A stretch of DNA of 64,000 bases. It comes from Cyanobacteriota bacterium. GTDB taxonomy: Bacteria; Cyanobacteriota; Cyanobacteriia; PCC-6307; Cyanobiaceae. The stretch spans positions 11,810 through 75,809 of the forward strand of contig JAYKIG010000038.1 of NCBI GenBank assembly GCA_035286045.1, in the 5' to 3' direction. The position numbers were made by a program, and so were the translations under genes. Every line of letters starts with the position of its first letter. Positions within the stretch are counted from its first letter, which is position 1. The notes under the pieces are model-generated. The model made no database searches. It saw nothing but the letters and a program-made list of their open reading frames with translations, and was not told the DNA's origin. Below are positions 51,811 through 63,532 of the stretch, in pieces.

Positions 51811-52004
51811 GGCTGGATCAGCAGCAGAATTGGACAGGAGATGGGGCGTTGTGGTGATAGGGAAAGCTCCTCCGTGTTTTGGCGATCTACGGCCAGGAAT
51901 TCAGGAAGGGGAAGTGCTGACAATAGGGGGGGTTTTGTGCGTGTCGCCACTTTTAGACTGGATTGTTTCGCTAGCTATACGTCATCTTTTCCGGTCTGGC
52001 CCAG

Positions 52005-52307
52005 ATGCTTACACCGAGCACTCGCCTCAGGCTTCAGAACATCATCGAAAGAATTGCCAAATCCGAAACAGTCAGCCTCAAAGAACGCATCTACGTGCAG
52101 AAGTTTGCAGACAGGGATCCATCGGTATGGAGCTGGTTGAAACAGGCTCAGCGGCAACGACTCGAAGGGCTCCCCAAACCAGGCCTGGATCGGTTTCTTT
52201 CAGATATGAATCTTGGTGAAGTTGGACCCAAAGGCGCATTTGATCCTAAAAATGATGACCTGGGTGAATGGTTCTCAGGCGCTCCACCATGGCTCAGGCG
52301 AAGCTGA
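52005..52307 (+). CDS. conserved picocyanobacterial hypothetical protein
   Basis: MLTPSTRLRLQNIIERIA...VSLKERIYVQKFADRD...WFSGAPPWLRRS. Confidence 0.8.
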   Translation: MLTPSTRLRLQNIIERIAKSETVSLKERIYVQKFADRDPSVWSWLKQAQRQRLEGLPKPGLDRFLSDMNLGEVGPKGAFDPKNDDLGEWFSGAPPWLRRS

Positions 52308-52401
52308 TGGGTAAAATCGCCTAAAGCAGGGAACCGTCGCAGATGAGACTGAATCCTCCTGGAAAATCCGTCTTGATGGTGATTGGTCAGATGCACAGGC
52401 C

Positions 52402-52683
52402 GTGAACACCCGTACCCCAATCCTCTGCAGTTATCGCAACTGCACTGATCAAATAGTCATTCTCCGTGCCCGAGGCCTTTCAAGCTATTACCTCGAACGG
52501 GTGGTTTTTCCCTTTGAAGTCATGGCCTTTCATTGCCCTAGGGAATGCGAAGTAGAGGTAATCATGCGAACCCCTGGCGGGTTGGAAGAACGGGAATGGG
52601 TGACGGCGGAGGAACTGAGCTCCGGAGAACAGAGCGGGAGTATCGAGCGGATGGACGAGCAGCTCACTGGCCTGAGGTGCTGA
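52402..52683 (+). CDS. DUF1830 domain protein
   Basis: CSYRN.T..I.ILR......YLERVVFP pattern. Confidence 0.75.
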   Translation: MNTRTPILCSYRNCTDQIVILRARGLSSYYLERVVFPFEVMAFHCPRECEVEVIMRTPGGLEEREWVTAEELSSGEQSGSIERMDEQLTGLRC

Positions 52684-52724
52684 GCCAACATAATCCCATT
52701 TTTAAGGGCCTGAGTTCTGGAACC

Positions 52725-53223
52725 ATGGCCCTTCCCAGCGGTCAAGATCAGCGTTCTCTGGAGCGAGAGAGTCGCAAAGCGGGCAGTCACGTGCAATGAA
52801 ACATCCTTCTAGGCGAATGGAAACTGCTAGATATCTGGGGGAGAACAAATCGTGAGCCTTCATCCCTCAGCAGAGAGATTTTGCGAGCCTTGAGGGCCGC
52901 TCTCCAAAACAGTGCCTCAGGCCATCAGGATCTGAACTCATCAATTCCGTTGAACTGCTGGGAATCAAGATCGGCTTCCGGGGTCCTGGACGACTGGTAC
53001 GGTTGACCGCCTTGCTCTGCTTCCGCTTTCATCGACTTAAAGTTCAGGTGGCTGGCAGGACTGTCTTCTCCATCCCGCTGCCACAGCCGACCACACCGTG
53101 AGAGGAACCCTTCTTCGCGCTGATCAACAGCAAGGAAACAGAAACCAGACTCGCCTGGATAGCCGCACGGGGGCGGGAGGCGGGCTGGCACTATGGGTCG
53201 ATAAAGATGCCATCATGGCTTAG
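52725..53223 (+). pseudogene. disrupted conserved picocyanobacterial gene
   Basis: Protein-like reading MALPS...LLGEWKL...INSVELLG...FRGPGRL...LLCFRF...PFFALI...WIAARGRGGGLALW, broken by TGA 52797-99, TGA 53099-101 and two frameshifts. Confidence 0.7.
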
Positions 53224-53232
53224 CTGAAAGAA

Positions 53233-54300
53233 ATGGGAAGAAGACATCAGCTCAGTGCCAGCTATGAGTTGAATTACGCCCGTAACTTACGCAATTTATG
53301 GGACATACCACCACAGCGACTTAACATCTATTGCCAACCCTTCCAGCTCCCAGAGGGATACATAAAAGTTTCCTCCCAGGCCAGCTGCCTCGGGCCTGAC
53401 TGGATTGGAATGGAACGTTACTTATCTGTGATCGAGGAGACTATCCCTTTTCGAATTCTCAAAACCAAAGAAAAAGCATCCCTGATCTGGAAATACTTGA
53501 GAGGCCCCCTAGGGGCCGTAGACGAAAGTGTGGTTGTCCTAATAGATTATCTCAATACCAGGCCAAACTTCTTTCACTGGTTTCTTGATGCCTTACCACG
53601 AATCCTGGCGGCTGAAGCATATGGCAGGATTGCAGGAGAGTCTTTCAAGATTGTCGTACCCAAGGGCCTGACTCTTTGGCAAAAAGATGCCCTGGCCTTT
53701 CTTGGTGTTCCTTGTGAGGAACTCATCTATATCCCCCCCCCAGCCCATGAGAGCATGGGGTGGAGTTTTGAGAAACTACTCACAAGTTTTTCCCATCGCC
53801 ACATCCGTTACAGCAGCACCGGTCATTTCGATGCGTTGAACCCAGACGCCATCTCTGCACTCTCGGAGAGATTGATTAAAGGAGCGGAGAGAGGTTTGAG
53901 AAAGGAAGAATTCAGCAAACGAATATACGTTTCCCGAGGGGGGGCAACGCTCAGGCAAGTCTCGAATGAGGAAGCCATCATGACCTATCTTTCCCGCTAT
54001 GGGTTTGAGCTCCTTCATCTGGACAGGATGAGCTTGCAGCAGCAGATCCAACGATTCCGCCAGGCCTCCCATGTGATCTCAGCCCATGGGGGAGCCCTGA
54101 CAAACCTGATGTACCTCGATCCCGGCTGTCAGGTGTTGGAAATTTTTCAAGAGGGGCATGGCGTTCGACCCGATTTCTTTCAACTGGTGGCCTTGCGAGA
54201 TGGCCTTTATAGTTTTGCAGTTGTTCCCAGCATTAATGCAAAGAATGATATTGAAATCCCTATCGCCATTCTGAGCAGGTTCCTGGAAGCTAGTCTATAA
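53233..54300 (+). CDS. glycosyltransferase family 61 protein
   Basis: NFFHWFLDALPRI, RIYVSR...RQVSNEE, QQQIQRF..A..VISAHGGALTNL. Confidence 0.88.
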   Translation: MGRRHQLSASYELNYARNLRNLWDIPPQRLNIYCQPFQLPEGYIKVSSQASCLGPDWIGMERYLSVIEETIPFRILKTKEKASLIWKYLRGPLGAVDESVVVLIDYLNTRPNFFHWFLDALPRILAAEAYGRIAGESFKIVVPKGLTLWQKDALAFLGVPCEELIYIPPPAHESMGWSFEKLLTSFSHRHIRYSSTGHFDALNPDAISALSERLIKGAERGLRKEEFSKRIYVSRGGATLRQVSNEEAIMTYLSRYGFELLHLDRMSLQQQIQRFRQASHVISAHGGALTNLMYLDPGCQVLEIFQEGHGVRPDFFQLVALRDGLYSFAVVPSINAKNDIEIPIAILSRFLEASL

Positions 54301-54317
54301 GCAGATCCCAATCAGAT

Positions 54318-55559
54318 TTGTCCGAAAGGCCCATCAGAAATCGCCAACCCAACGGCTCGAACATTCAAGTTTCTGATCAACCGTCGCTGCGTCTGGCCAT
54401 TATTGGTGCTGGGGTTGCCGGTTGCAGCCTGGCCGCTGCATTGTGCCGGCACGGATGGGACGGGGCATCCATCGGCCTTTGGGAAGCGGGCAGGGGGCCC
54501 GGAGGACGATCGGCAACGAGACGCTCCAGAGAGGATCCAAACCTGAGGATCAACCATGGAGCCAGCCTGTTCAACATCAGCTCCTCTCCCCCTCCAGAGG
54601 TGCTCACCCCCCTTCTGCAGCAGGGATGGGTGGAACCATGGACGGGCGAGATCGCCGCGATCAACGATGCCGCAGAGCTTCTCCCCCATACAGGGCAGGA
54701 TCCCCTGCTGCAGGGTCGGTGTTTCCAGGGCAGACCTGGCATGGAGCAGATCTGTGAAGGGCTGCTCCATCAGGCTCAAGGCCAGCTGACCACCCGCTAC
54801 AACGCTTTGATTCGCAGCCTTGAGCGCCATAGGGATCGCTGGCTGCTGAAAAATACGGAGGGGACCGTGCTTGCCGAGAGCGAAGCCCTGGTTCTGACAG
54901 GGACACTCCTCGCCCATCCCCGCAGTCGATTGACCTTTGGCTGGCCTACACCCCCCTTGCAGGAACTGGCGGAGCGGGTCCAGAACCCTGCCCTGAACCA
55001 TGCGCTGGCCTCCATTGCCGCCCTACGGTTTGAGGCACGCAGCTCCCTCCTGCTACGGGTTTCCCCTCATCAGGCGGCCGGATGGCTCGCCCTCCCCTTT
55101 CGCCTCCTGGCCTTTGAACCCACCGCCCAACAGCGGTGGGGCCTGTGGAGGATCTCCATCCAGCCACAGCAAGATGGGTCCTGCGCGGTTGTTGCGCACT
55201 CCAACGCGATTTTCGCCGCAGAAAACATCGGCATCTACGGATCCCGATCCGCCATGGCGCGCCAGCTGGGCCTCACCGCAACGGCGGAGCAGGAACAGGC
55301 CGTGATGGAGGCTCTGGAGACATCCCTGCTGGACGTCCTCGGCCCATGGTTGTCCCCCCAGACTCTGGAGCGGAGCGAACGGCAATTGATGCGATGGGGG
55401 GCAGCCTTTCCCTTGCAGCCCGCACTCCTGGAAGACCTCTGCTGGAATGATGAGCTACAGATTGGATTCTGCGGGGATTTCATGGCGGGCCAGGGATTCG
55501 GCCGGGTGGAGGGGGCCATGCAAAGTGCTGAACAGCTGGCCCGCAGGTTGGCGGGATAG
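54318..55559 (+). CDS. renalase-like FAD/NAD(P)-dependent oxidoreductase
   Basis: IIGAGVAG, EAGRGPGGRSATRR, NHGA, RWGAAFP, CGD...GRVEGA..S. Confidence 0.85.
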   Translation: MSERPIRNRQPNGSNIQVSDQPSLRLAIIGAGVAGCSLAAALCRHGWDGASIGLWEAGRGPGGRSATRRSREDPNLRINHGASLFNISSSPPPEVLTPLLQQGWVEPWTGEIAAINDAAELLPHTGQDPLLQGRCFQGRPGMEQICEGLLHQAQGQLTTRYNALIRSLERHRDRWLLKNTEGTVLAESEALVLTGTLLAHPRSRLTFGWPTPPLQELAERVQNPALNHALASIAALRFEARSSLLLRVSPHQAAGWLALPFRLLAFEPTAQQRWGLWRISIQPQQDGSCAVVAHSNAIFAAENIGIYGSRSAMARQLGLTATAEQEQAVMEALETSLLDVLGPWLSPQTLERSERQLMRWGAAFPLQPALLEDLCWNDELQIGFCGDFMAGQGFGRVEGAMQSAEQLARRLAG

Positions 55560-55572
55560 GCGGTGCTAGATC

Positions 55573-58500
55573 TCAAATGACAAGCACAGGCTGCCCAGCG
55601 TTGTTGGCCTGGTCTGCCCCCTCCACTCCAACTGTCCCCTGCGGTGAGGGGATCTGGGCCACCATCTTCTCCAGCCAATCCATGAGCTCTTCCACCTGTT
55701 TGTCTGCAGGAAGGGCACCAAGGCCCCGGGCCACGATCTTCGCTGCACCGGAGGTGCCGCCCTGGTAAACCAACCGGCCATGGAGATGGGTGGGGAGCCC
55801 CTGGCGCAGCAAACGGAAGGCCGGTTCCTCCATGGGAGTTTCGAGCAGGATGTTGGGTTTTTCCGGCTTGATCCGTGAAATACCACAACGCCTGGCCAGC
55901 AGTTTGAGCTCCAGCAACCGGAGCAGGCTCTGCACGGGTTGAGGAATGGGCCCGAAACGGTCCGTCCAGCCCGCCGCCAGTTCCAGCAGGGCCGCCTTGC
56001 TCTCACACTGGGCCGCTGCCCGGTAGGCCGCCACCTTCTCGTCGTTGTCACTGATCCACTCGGCTGGGATGAACGCTGTCAGCGGAAGATCCACCTGGGT
56101 GTCATCAACACTCGGGATGTCCTGACCCTGCAGCTCTGCCAGACACTCCTGGAGCATGTCCATGTACAGATCAAAGCCGATGGTTTCCATCTGGCCGCTC
56201 TGCTCCACCCCCAACAAATTGCCCACGCCACGAATTTCCATGTCGCGCATGGCCAACTGGTAGCCCGACCCGAGCTGGGCAAACTCCTGGATGGCCCGGA
56301 GTCGCTGGCGAGCGCCTTCGCTGAGTGAGGCCTCGCCTGGATAGAACAGCCAGGCGTGAGCCTGGATCCCACTGCGGCCGACACGGCCACGCAGCTGGTA
56401 CAGCTGGGCCAGGCCAAATTTCTGAGCATCCTCCACCAGAATGGTGTTCACCCTGGGAATATCCAGCCCGCTCTCAATGATGGTGGTGCAGAGCATCACA
56501 TCGGCTTCGCCACTGTTGAAAGCCACCATGGCACTCTCCAGCTCCCCCTCAGGCATCTGGCCGTGGGCTGTGATCAATCGCATGCCCGGCAACATGGAAC
56601 GCAGGCGTTCCGCACCTTCCTCAATGCCCTCCACCCTTGGCACCACATAAAATACCTGCCCGCCCCGATCGAGCTCCTGGCGAACGGCACTACGAACGGC
56701 TTCCTCATCAAAAGCCGAAAGATGGGTTCGAATGGGTCGGCGAAGGGGCGGGGGAGTGGTGATCAGGCTCATCTCCCGAACACCGGACAGACTCATGTAC
56801 AACGTGCGGGGAATCGGAGTAGCACTGAGGGTGAGCACATCCACATCCTTTCGCAGAGATTTGATCTTTTCCTTCTGCTGCACACCGAACCGCTGCTCCT
56901 CATCCACCACAAGCAGGCCCAGGTCCTTGAAGGTGGTGTTTTTTCCAAGCAGCTGGTGTGTGCCCACCACCACATCCACCTGGCCTGAGGCCAGTCCATT
57001 CTGAATGGCCTTCCGTTCATTGGTGGTGCGAAATCGATTGAGCAGAGCCACCTTCAGGGGATACGGGGCATAGCGCTCCGTGAGGGTGCGCCAATGCTGC
57101 TGAGCCAAAACGGTAGTAGGCGCCAGCATGGCCACCTGCTTTCCAGCGGTGACGGCCTTGAAGATCGCCCGGATGGCCACCTCGGTCTTTCCGAAACCCA
57201 CATCCCCGCAGACCAGTCGGTCCATGGGCTGAGGTCGCTCCATGTCGCGCTTGACATCGGCAATGGCCTTGAGTTGATCGGGGGTGGGGTCGTATGGGAA
57301 AGAATCCTCCAGCTCTCCTTGCCAGGGGCCATCGGGAGGAAAAGCGAAACCCTGGATCTTGTGGCGCTCCGCATAGAGCTTGACGAGGTCCATCGCCACT
57401 TTGCGGATCGCTTTGGCGGCCCGCTCCTTGGTGCGCTGCCAGGCCGTGCCACCCATGCGGTTCAGATCGGGAACCCCTTCGCCCGTCGCCCGGAAACGCC
57501 CCAGGCTCCCCAATTGATCGGCCGCCACCCGCAGCAAGCCATCCGCATATTGCACAACCAAGTAGTCACGAGCCTCCCCGGCCATCACCAATTTCTCAAG
57601 CTTGAGAAAACGACCGACGCCGTGGTTGCGATGGACCACGTAATCGCCTGGCACCATCCGGTTGGGATCCACCGTTCGGCTGGCGGCCCGCCGGCGCCGA
57701 CGCACAAAGCCTGTTGCCGCCAGGCTGTGCTGGCCAAAGAATTCCCGGTCTGTGAGCAGCACCTGCTTCCAGGCGGGCAGCTGAACCCCTTCCAGCTCAG
57801 CCATTCCCCGGGTTTTCAGGGCAACAGGCGTGTTCTGAGCCAGGAGGCGCTCAATGGCTGGAATATCGCCGGGATTGGGGACGAAGCGGCAGATGCAGTC
57901 GTGCTCTTCCAGGAGGGCAACGGCACGGGTGGGCTGGGCCGAAAGCAACCACACCTGTTGCTGATCCTTGAGATAACCCCGCACGGTTTCGGCCAGCCTG
58001 CCGAATGCATTGGGATGGGCCGGAACGGGCCGGGCCGCCAGATCAAAACCATTGATTGCATTATCCCTCTGGAGCAGCTCAGCGAGATCCAGGCCAAGAA
58101 AGGCCTCCACACCCGCGAGCGCCTCCGCGGGAGGGCGATGGAGCTGGGAGGGCAGGGAAGGGCTCGGAACATCGGACTTCCATTCCGCCCAAACCTCCTG
58201 CTGATGGTCGGCAGCATGATCGAACCACTGCTGGCCATGGGCCAGGCATTGACGTCGCTCATCGACGGCGATGAGGGTATTGGGGGCGAGGTATTCGAGC
58301 AAACTGGCGGGTTCGCTCCACACCACACCCAGCAGGCGTCGCATGCCTTCCGGGGTCCCACCTTCCACCAGGGTGGCGACGCCGTGATCACCCAGCAGAT
58401 TCTCCAGCCCTGCAGGGGCGCTGTCTCGCAGAGCATCGGCCACCAGGATGCTGAAGCTGGTAGGCGTCAACAACACCTGCTCAATACCATCCAGAGAGCG

Positions 58501-59133
58501 CTGCGTTGCAGGATCAAATTCACGGAGTTTCTCTAATTCATCACCGAAGAATTCCAGACGCACTGGCAGTTCCGCGCTGACAGGAAAGACATCCAGGATG
58601 TCACCGCGTCGACTCCAGGTTCCTTCCTGTTCAATCGCGGTCACCCGCTCATAGCCCAGGCGCGTCAGGGTGAGGGCTAGGGTCTCGAGGCTCACCGCTT
58701 CCCCCTTTCTCAGGGTGCAAAACCGGGCTGCGAGCACCTCCCGAGGGGGGAGGTGGGGCTGAAGGGCCCGTTCCGTGGCCACAACCGCCAGGGGAGTGCC
58801 CTGCAGGAGCTCGCTGAGCACCTGCATCTGCCCCCAGATGATCTCCGTGGTGGGATCAAAGGGCTCATAGGGTGAGCCCTCACTGGTGGGGTAGAGCTGG
58901 CTACTCCAACCCATGATCTCAAGCAGGGAAGCCCACCGGCCCGCCTCCTCCAGGGTGGGGACAATCACCAGAAGAGGCCCTCCAGCCCGCCGGGCCAGTG
59001 CACTCGTCACGAGAGATCGGGCCCCCCTACCCCCACCCCTGATCAGGAGACGATCGGAACGTCGGGCACGCTCCAGAACCTCTGCGGTGAGGGTTGCCTC
59101 CTTGAGCTGTTGCACCAGGGCAGAGAGAGGCAT
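55573..59133 (-). CDS. mfd: transcription-repair coupling factor
   Basis: RGDILDVFP, GDYVVHRNHGVG, CGDVGFGKTEVA, DEEQRFG, SATPIPRT, QLRGRVGRS, DMEIRGVGNLLG. Confidence 0.98.
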   Translation of the reverse strand: MPLSALVQQLKEATLTAEVLERARRSDRLLIRGGGRGARSLVTSALARRAGGPLLVIVPTLEEAGRWASLLEIMGWSSQLYPTSEGSPYEPFDPTTEIIWGQMQVLSELLQGTPLAVVATERALQPHLPPREVLAARFCTLRKGEAVSLETLALTLTRLGYERVTAIEQEGTWSRRGDILDVFPVSAELPVRLEFFGDELEKLREFDPATQRSLDGIEQVLLTPTSFSILVADALRDSAPAGLENLLGDHGVATLVEGGTPEGMRRLLGVVWSEPASLLEYLAPNTLIAVDERRQCLAHGQQWFDHAADHQQEVWAEWKSDVPSPSLPSQLHRPPAEALAGVEAFLGLDLAELLQRDNAINGFDLAARPVPAHPNAFGRLAETVRGYLKDQQQVWLLSAQPTRAVALLEEHDCICRFVPNPGDIPAIERLLAQNTPVALKTRGMAELEGVQLPAWKQVLLTDREFFGQHSLAATGFVRRRRRAASRTVDPNRMVPGDYVVHRNHGVGRFLKLEKLVMAGEARDYLVVQYADGLLRVAADQLGSLGRFRATGEGVPDLNRMGGTAWQRTKERAAKAIRKVAMDLVKLYAERHKIQGFAFPPDGPWQGELEDSFPYDPTPDQLKAIADVKRDMERPQPMDRLVCGDVGFGKTEVAIRAIFKAVTAGKQVAMLAPTTVLAQQHWRTLTERYAPYPLKVALLNRFRTTNERKAIQNGLASGQVDVVVGTHQLLGKNTTFKDLGLLVVDEEQRFGVQQKEKIKSLRKDVDVLTLSATPIPRTLYMSLSGVREMSLITTPPPLRRPIRTHLSAFDEEAVRSAVRQELDRGGQVFYVVPRVEGIEEGAERLRSMLPGMRLITAHGQMPEGELESAMVAFNSGEADVMLCTTIIESGLDIPRVNTILVEDAQKFGLAQLYQLRGRVGRSGIQAHAWLFYPGEASLSEGARQRLRAIQEFAQLGSGYQLAMRDMEIRGVGNLLGVEQSGQMETIGFDLYMDMLQECLAELQGQDIPSVDDTQVDLPLTAFIPAEWISDNDEKVAAYRAAAQCESKAALLELAAGWTDRFGPIPQPVQSLLRLLELKLLARRCGISRIKPEKPNILLETPMEEPAFRLLRQGLPTHLHGRLVYQGGTSGAAKIVARGLGALPADKQVEELMDWLEKMVAQIPSPQGTVGVEGADQANNAGQPVLVI

Positions 59134-59236
59134 GGAATTCACCACCACGTTCCCCGATCTTCGCAAGTCTTCTGCAGAGCCGGGCAGGACACCACGACCA
59201 TGGGCATGGTAGATTCCAGAAAAAATATGATTTGCG

Positions 59237-61149
<1,913 letters not shown>

Positions 61150-61821
61150 TCAACTGGGCAGCACGGGGCCCAGCAGCTCCCCTTCCAGGAGCAAATTGAA
61201 CGCCAACAATTGCTCATCGCTCAGATGCTTCCGGCTGGAAGCTGAGAAGTGTTGTTCCAGGGCCCGGCGAGCTTGATCCGTAGACCATCCCAGCCGTTGC
61301 ATGAGCCCATCGCACTGAGACAGGAGTTCGGATCGTCTCATGGGTAACGGGGCACTGGCAGGCTCGGCTCCGGGGCTCAAGGCCTCCAGCGCCCGTCGAA
61401 AGAGGAGCAGATCTCCATACCGGGTGAGCCTGCTGCGATTCGGATGGCCAAACAGGCGCTGCAGAACCACCCGCTCCTCCTCCTTCCCCCAGCCCAGCTG
61501 GCGTAGGAGCAGATCAAGCTGGGCAAGATCCGAACTCCAGTCCTCCGGATCCTCTGGCGCGCTCTGGGGCTCCTCCCCGGATCGAGGGGGGGAAGGGGAT
61601 GGAGGCACTGGGGGCAGAGGAGCTGGAGGGTTGGCCCTTGGAGGCCCTGGCTGGCGAGGCTCAAGATGATGGTGCAGGCGGCCTCGCGCCCGATCTTCTG
61701 CCTCCTCTGCACTGGCTGCCTCGCCTAAGGCCGAACCCACCAGGCGATCTCCTTCAAAGGCCTCAACGAGCACCACACGCTGACTGGGATCCGCATGAAC
61801 AAGGCGAACCCGGAAATCCAT
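61150..61821 (-). CDS. conserved cyanobacterial hypothetical protein with two C-terminal LGW repeats
   Basis: AEEAEDRAR..L N-domain, Pro-rich linker, duplicated L..LGW....R..L...F....R..L repeat. Confidence 0.75.
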   Translation of the reverse strand: MDFRVRLVHADPSQRVVLVEAFEGDRLVGSALGEAASAEEAEDRARGRLHHHLEPRQPGPPRANPPAPLPPVPPSPSPPRSGEEPQSAPEDPEDWSSDLAQLDLLLRQLGWGKEEERVVLQRLFGHPNRSRLTRYGDLLLFRRALEALSPGAEPASAPLPMRRSELLSQCDGLMQRLGWSTDQARRALEQHFSASSRKHLSDEQLLAFNLLLEGELLGPVLPS

Positions 61822-61889
61822 GGGGCCTGCAGATGGAAAAGAATCCCCTTTTTAGGATGGGTGGATATGGTCTGCCGCCCTGTTGCACC

Positions 61890-62243
61890 ATGCAGGTGGA
61901 ATTTCGCTTGGCTGGCTCCCAAAGCATCATCGCCCGGGTAGAGGTGCCGGAATGGCAATCCATCCCCCATCCTGGTCTTTGGCTGGATTGGGGCTTTGGC
62001 ACATTTCTGGTGTTGTTGCGTCGGCACCGTTACACCTTTCGCGCGGGCCGTTACCAGCTTGCATCGATCGCTCTCGAGGTGAAAGCACAGGAGAAACCGA
62101 CCGATTCTCAATGGTGGAAGGGCCAATGGGTGATTGGTGATCCGGACTGTGTTTTCAATGCGCACAGCCCCCTGCTGCGCTGCGCAGTGCTGCCCCAGGG
62201 ACCATGCAGCAACTGCGCCCATTTCAAGAAACGGACCCACTAG
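61890..62243 (+). CDS. DUF6464-like protein
   Basis: RRHRY....GRYQL, IGDPDC.FNA.SPLLRCAV.P.GPC..C..F. Confidence 0.75.
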   Translation: MQVEFRLAGSQSIIARVEVPEWQSIPHPGLWLDWGFGTFLVLLRRHRYTFRAGRYQLASIALEVKAQEKPTDSQWWKGQWVIGDPDCVFNAHSPLLRCAVLPQGPCSNCAHFKKRTH

Positions 62244-62369
62244 CCAAAAACAGGGAGTCGACGAATTGGATTTGAGCATGGGTACTCAATTCACCTAAAA
62301 TGTTTGATTTGCTACCACAACCGTTCTCCTCGAAGCGTTTGCGTGGGAAAAAGCAGCTGCCTTGCCCTC

Positions 62370-62852
62370 ATGACCCCCAACGCCTTGGCTGCTCCCGTCG
62401 TCCCCGGAACACCCTTGCGTCCACAAGACCCCATGACAGGACCCCTTGATGCACCGAGCGCATTCGCGGCCATTGCCCTGGCCGCTGTCTCCTGGGATGG
62501 GGTGCTGAGCATGGCGGGATCAAGGGCCCTTCGCCACGCCCTGGATTACCGCCATCCCTACTGTGACTACGGTGATGCAGGGATGGTGCAGCTGATGGAC
62601 CGCCTGTTGCGCGACATGCGCCAGAAAGGGGCCCAGCACTTGATGGTGGAGTCTGCGGAGGCGCTCAATTCTCGCCAAAGGGCCACGGCCTATGCGGTGG
62701 CCGCCGAGATCATGCGATCCGATGGCCCCCTGGCTGAAGATGAGAAAAACATCCTCAACAACCTTGCCACCACCCTGGAGCTCCCAGAGGAGGACACCCA
62801 GAGGGTGCTCTCCGTGATGGATGTGTTGCACGCCGACGTGATCAGCGGCTGA
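62370..62852 (+). CDS. TerB-family protein
   Basis: AFAAIALAAVSWDG, TAYAVAAEIMRSDG.L.EDEK..L..LA..L. Confidence 0.8.
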   Translation: MTPNALAAPVVPGTPLRPQDPMTGPLDAPSAFAAIALAAVSWDGVLSMAGSRALRHALDYRHPYCDYGDAGMVQLMDRLLRDMRQKGAQHLMVESAEALNSRQRATAYAVAAEIMRSDGPLAEDEKNILNNLATTLELPEEDTQRVLSVMDVLHADVISG

Positions 62853-62928
62853 ATGCCAACGGAGACGAGTCAAACGGGCTTGCCAGCTTCATGGTGCGCG
62901 ATGATCGGGCATCGCAGCCCCTTGAACC

Positions 62929-63450
62929 ATGACCACTGGCAACCCCAGCGTTTTCCTGGACATCAGCATCGGCGGAAAACCTGCAGGCCGCTTGGTTTTT
63001 GAATTGTTTGCCGATTCTGTACCAACAACTGCTGAAAATTTCCGTGCCCTCTGTACTGGCGAAAAGGGAATCGGCGGCAGCGGCAAGCCACTGACCTACA
63101 AGGGCTCTTCCTTCCACCGCATCATCCCGGACTTCATGTGCCAGGGAGGAGATTTCACAGCTGGAAATGGCACGGGAGGCGAATCGATCTATGGCATGAA
63201 GTTTGCGGATGAGAACTTCAAACTCAAGCACGACCAACCGGGCTTGCTCAGCATGGCCAATGCCGGCCCCAACACTAATGGGTCCCAGTTTTTCATTACC
63301 ACCACCCTGACCCCCTGGCTGGATGGCAAACATGTGGTTTTTGGGGCGCTGCGCGAAGGCCAGGAGGTGTTGCAGGCCATGGAAGCCTGCGGCACGAACA
63401 GCGGAAGGCCCACCGCTGCTGTAGCCATCACCGATTGCGGCGAGCTCTGA
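62929..63450 (+). CDS. cyclophilin-type peptidyl-prolyl isomerase
   Basis: [56 protein letters not shown]. Confidence 0.97.
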   Translation: MTTGNPSVFLDISIGGKPAGRLVFELFADSVPTTAENFRALCTGEKGIGGSGKPLTYKGSSFHRIIPDFMCQGGDFTAGNGTGGESIYGMKFADENFKLKHDQPGLLSMANAGPNTNGSQFFITTTLTPWLDGKHVVFGALREGQEVLQAMEACGTNSGRPTAAVAITDCGEL

Positions 63451-63532
63451 ACGCGCATCATCCACCACGGGCAGGAGGTGAGGCCGTTCCAGCCCTTGGT
63501 CTTGAGGGCTTCGATCCTGCGGATCATGGAGG

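Noticed and set aside
51764-52219. ORFs 51764-52219 and 51802-52140
   Set aside because: They overlap the convincing 52005-52307 gene and the structured element, and have no protein-like features.
52797-53101. In-frame TGA codons as selenocysteine or readthrough
   Set aside because: They are accompanied by two frameshifts and are not in Cys-like motifs; decay is the simpler explanation.
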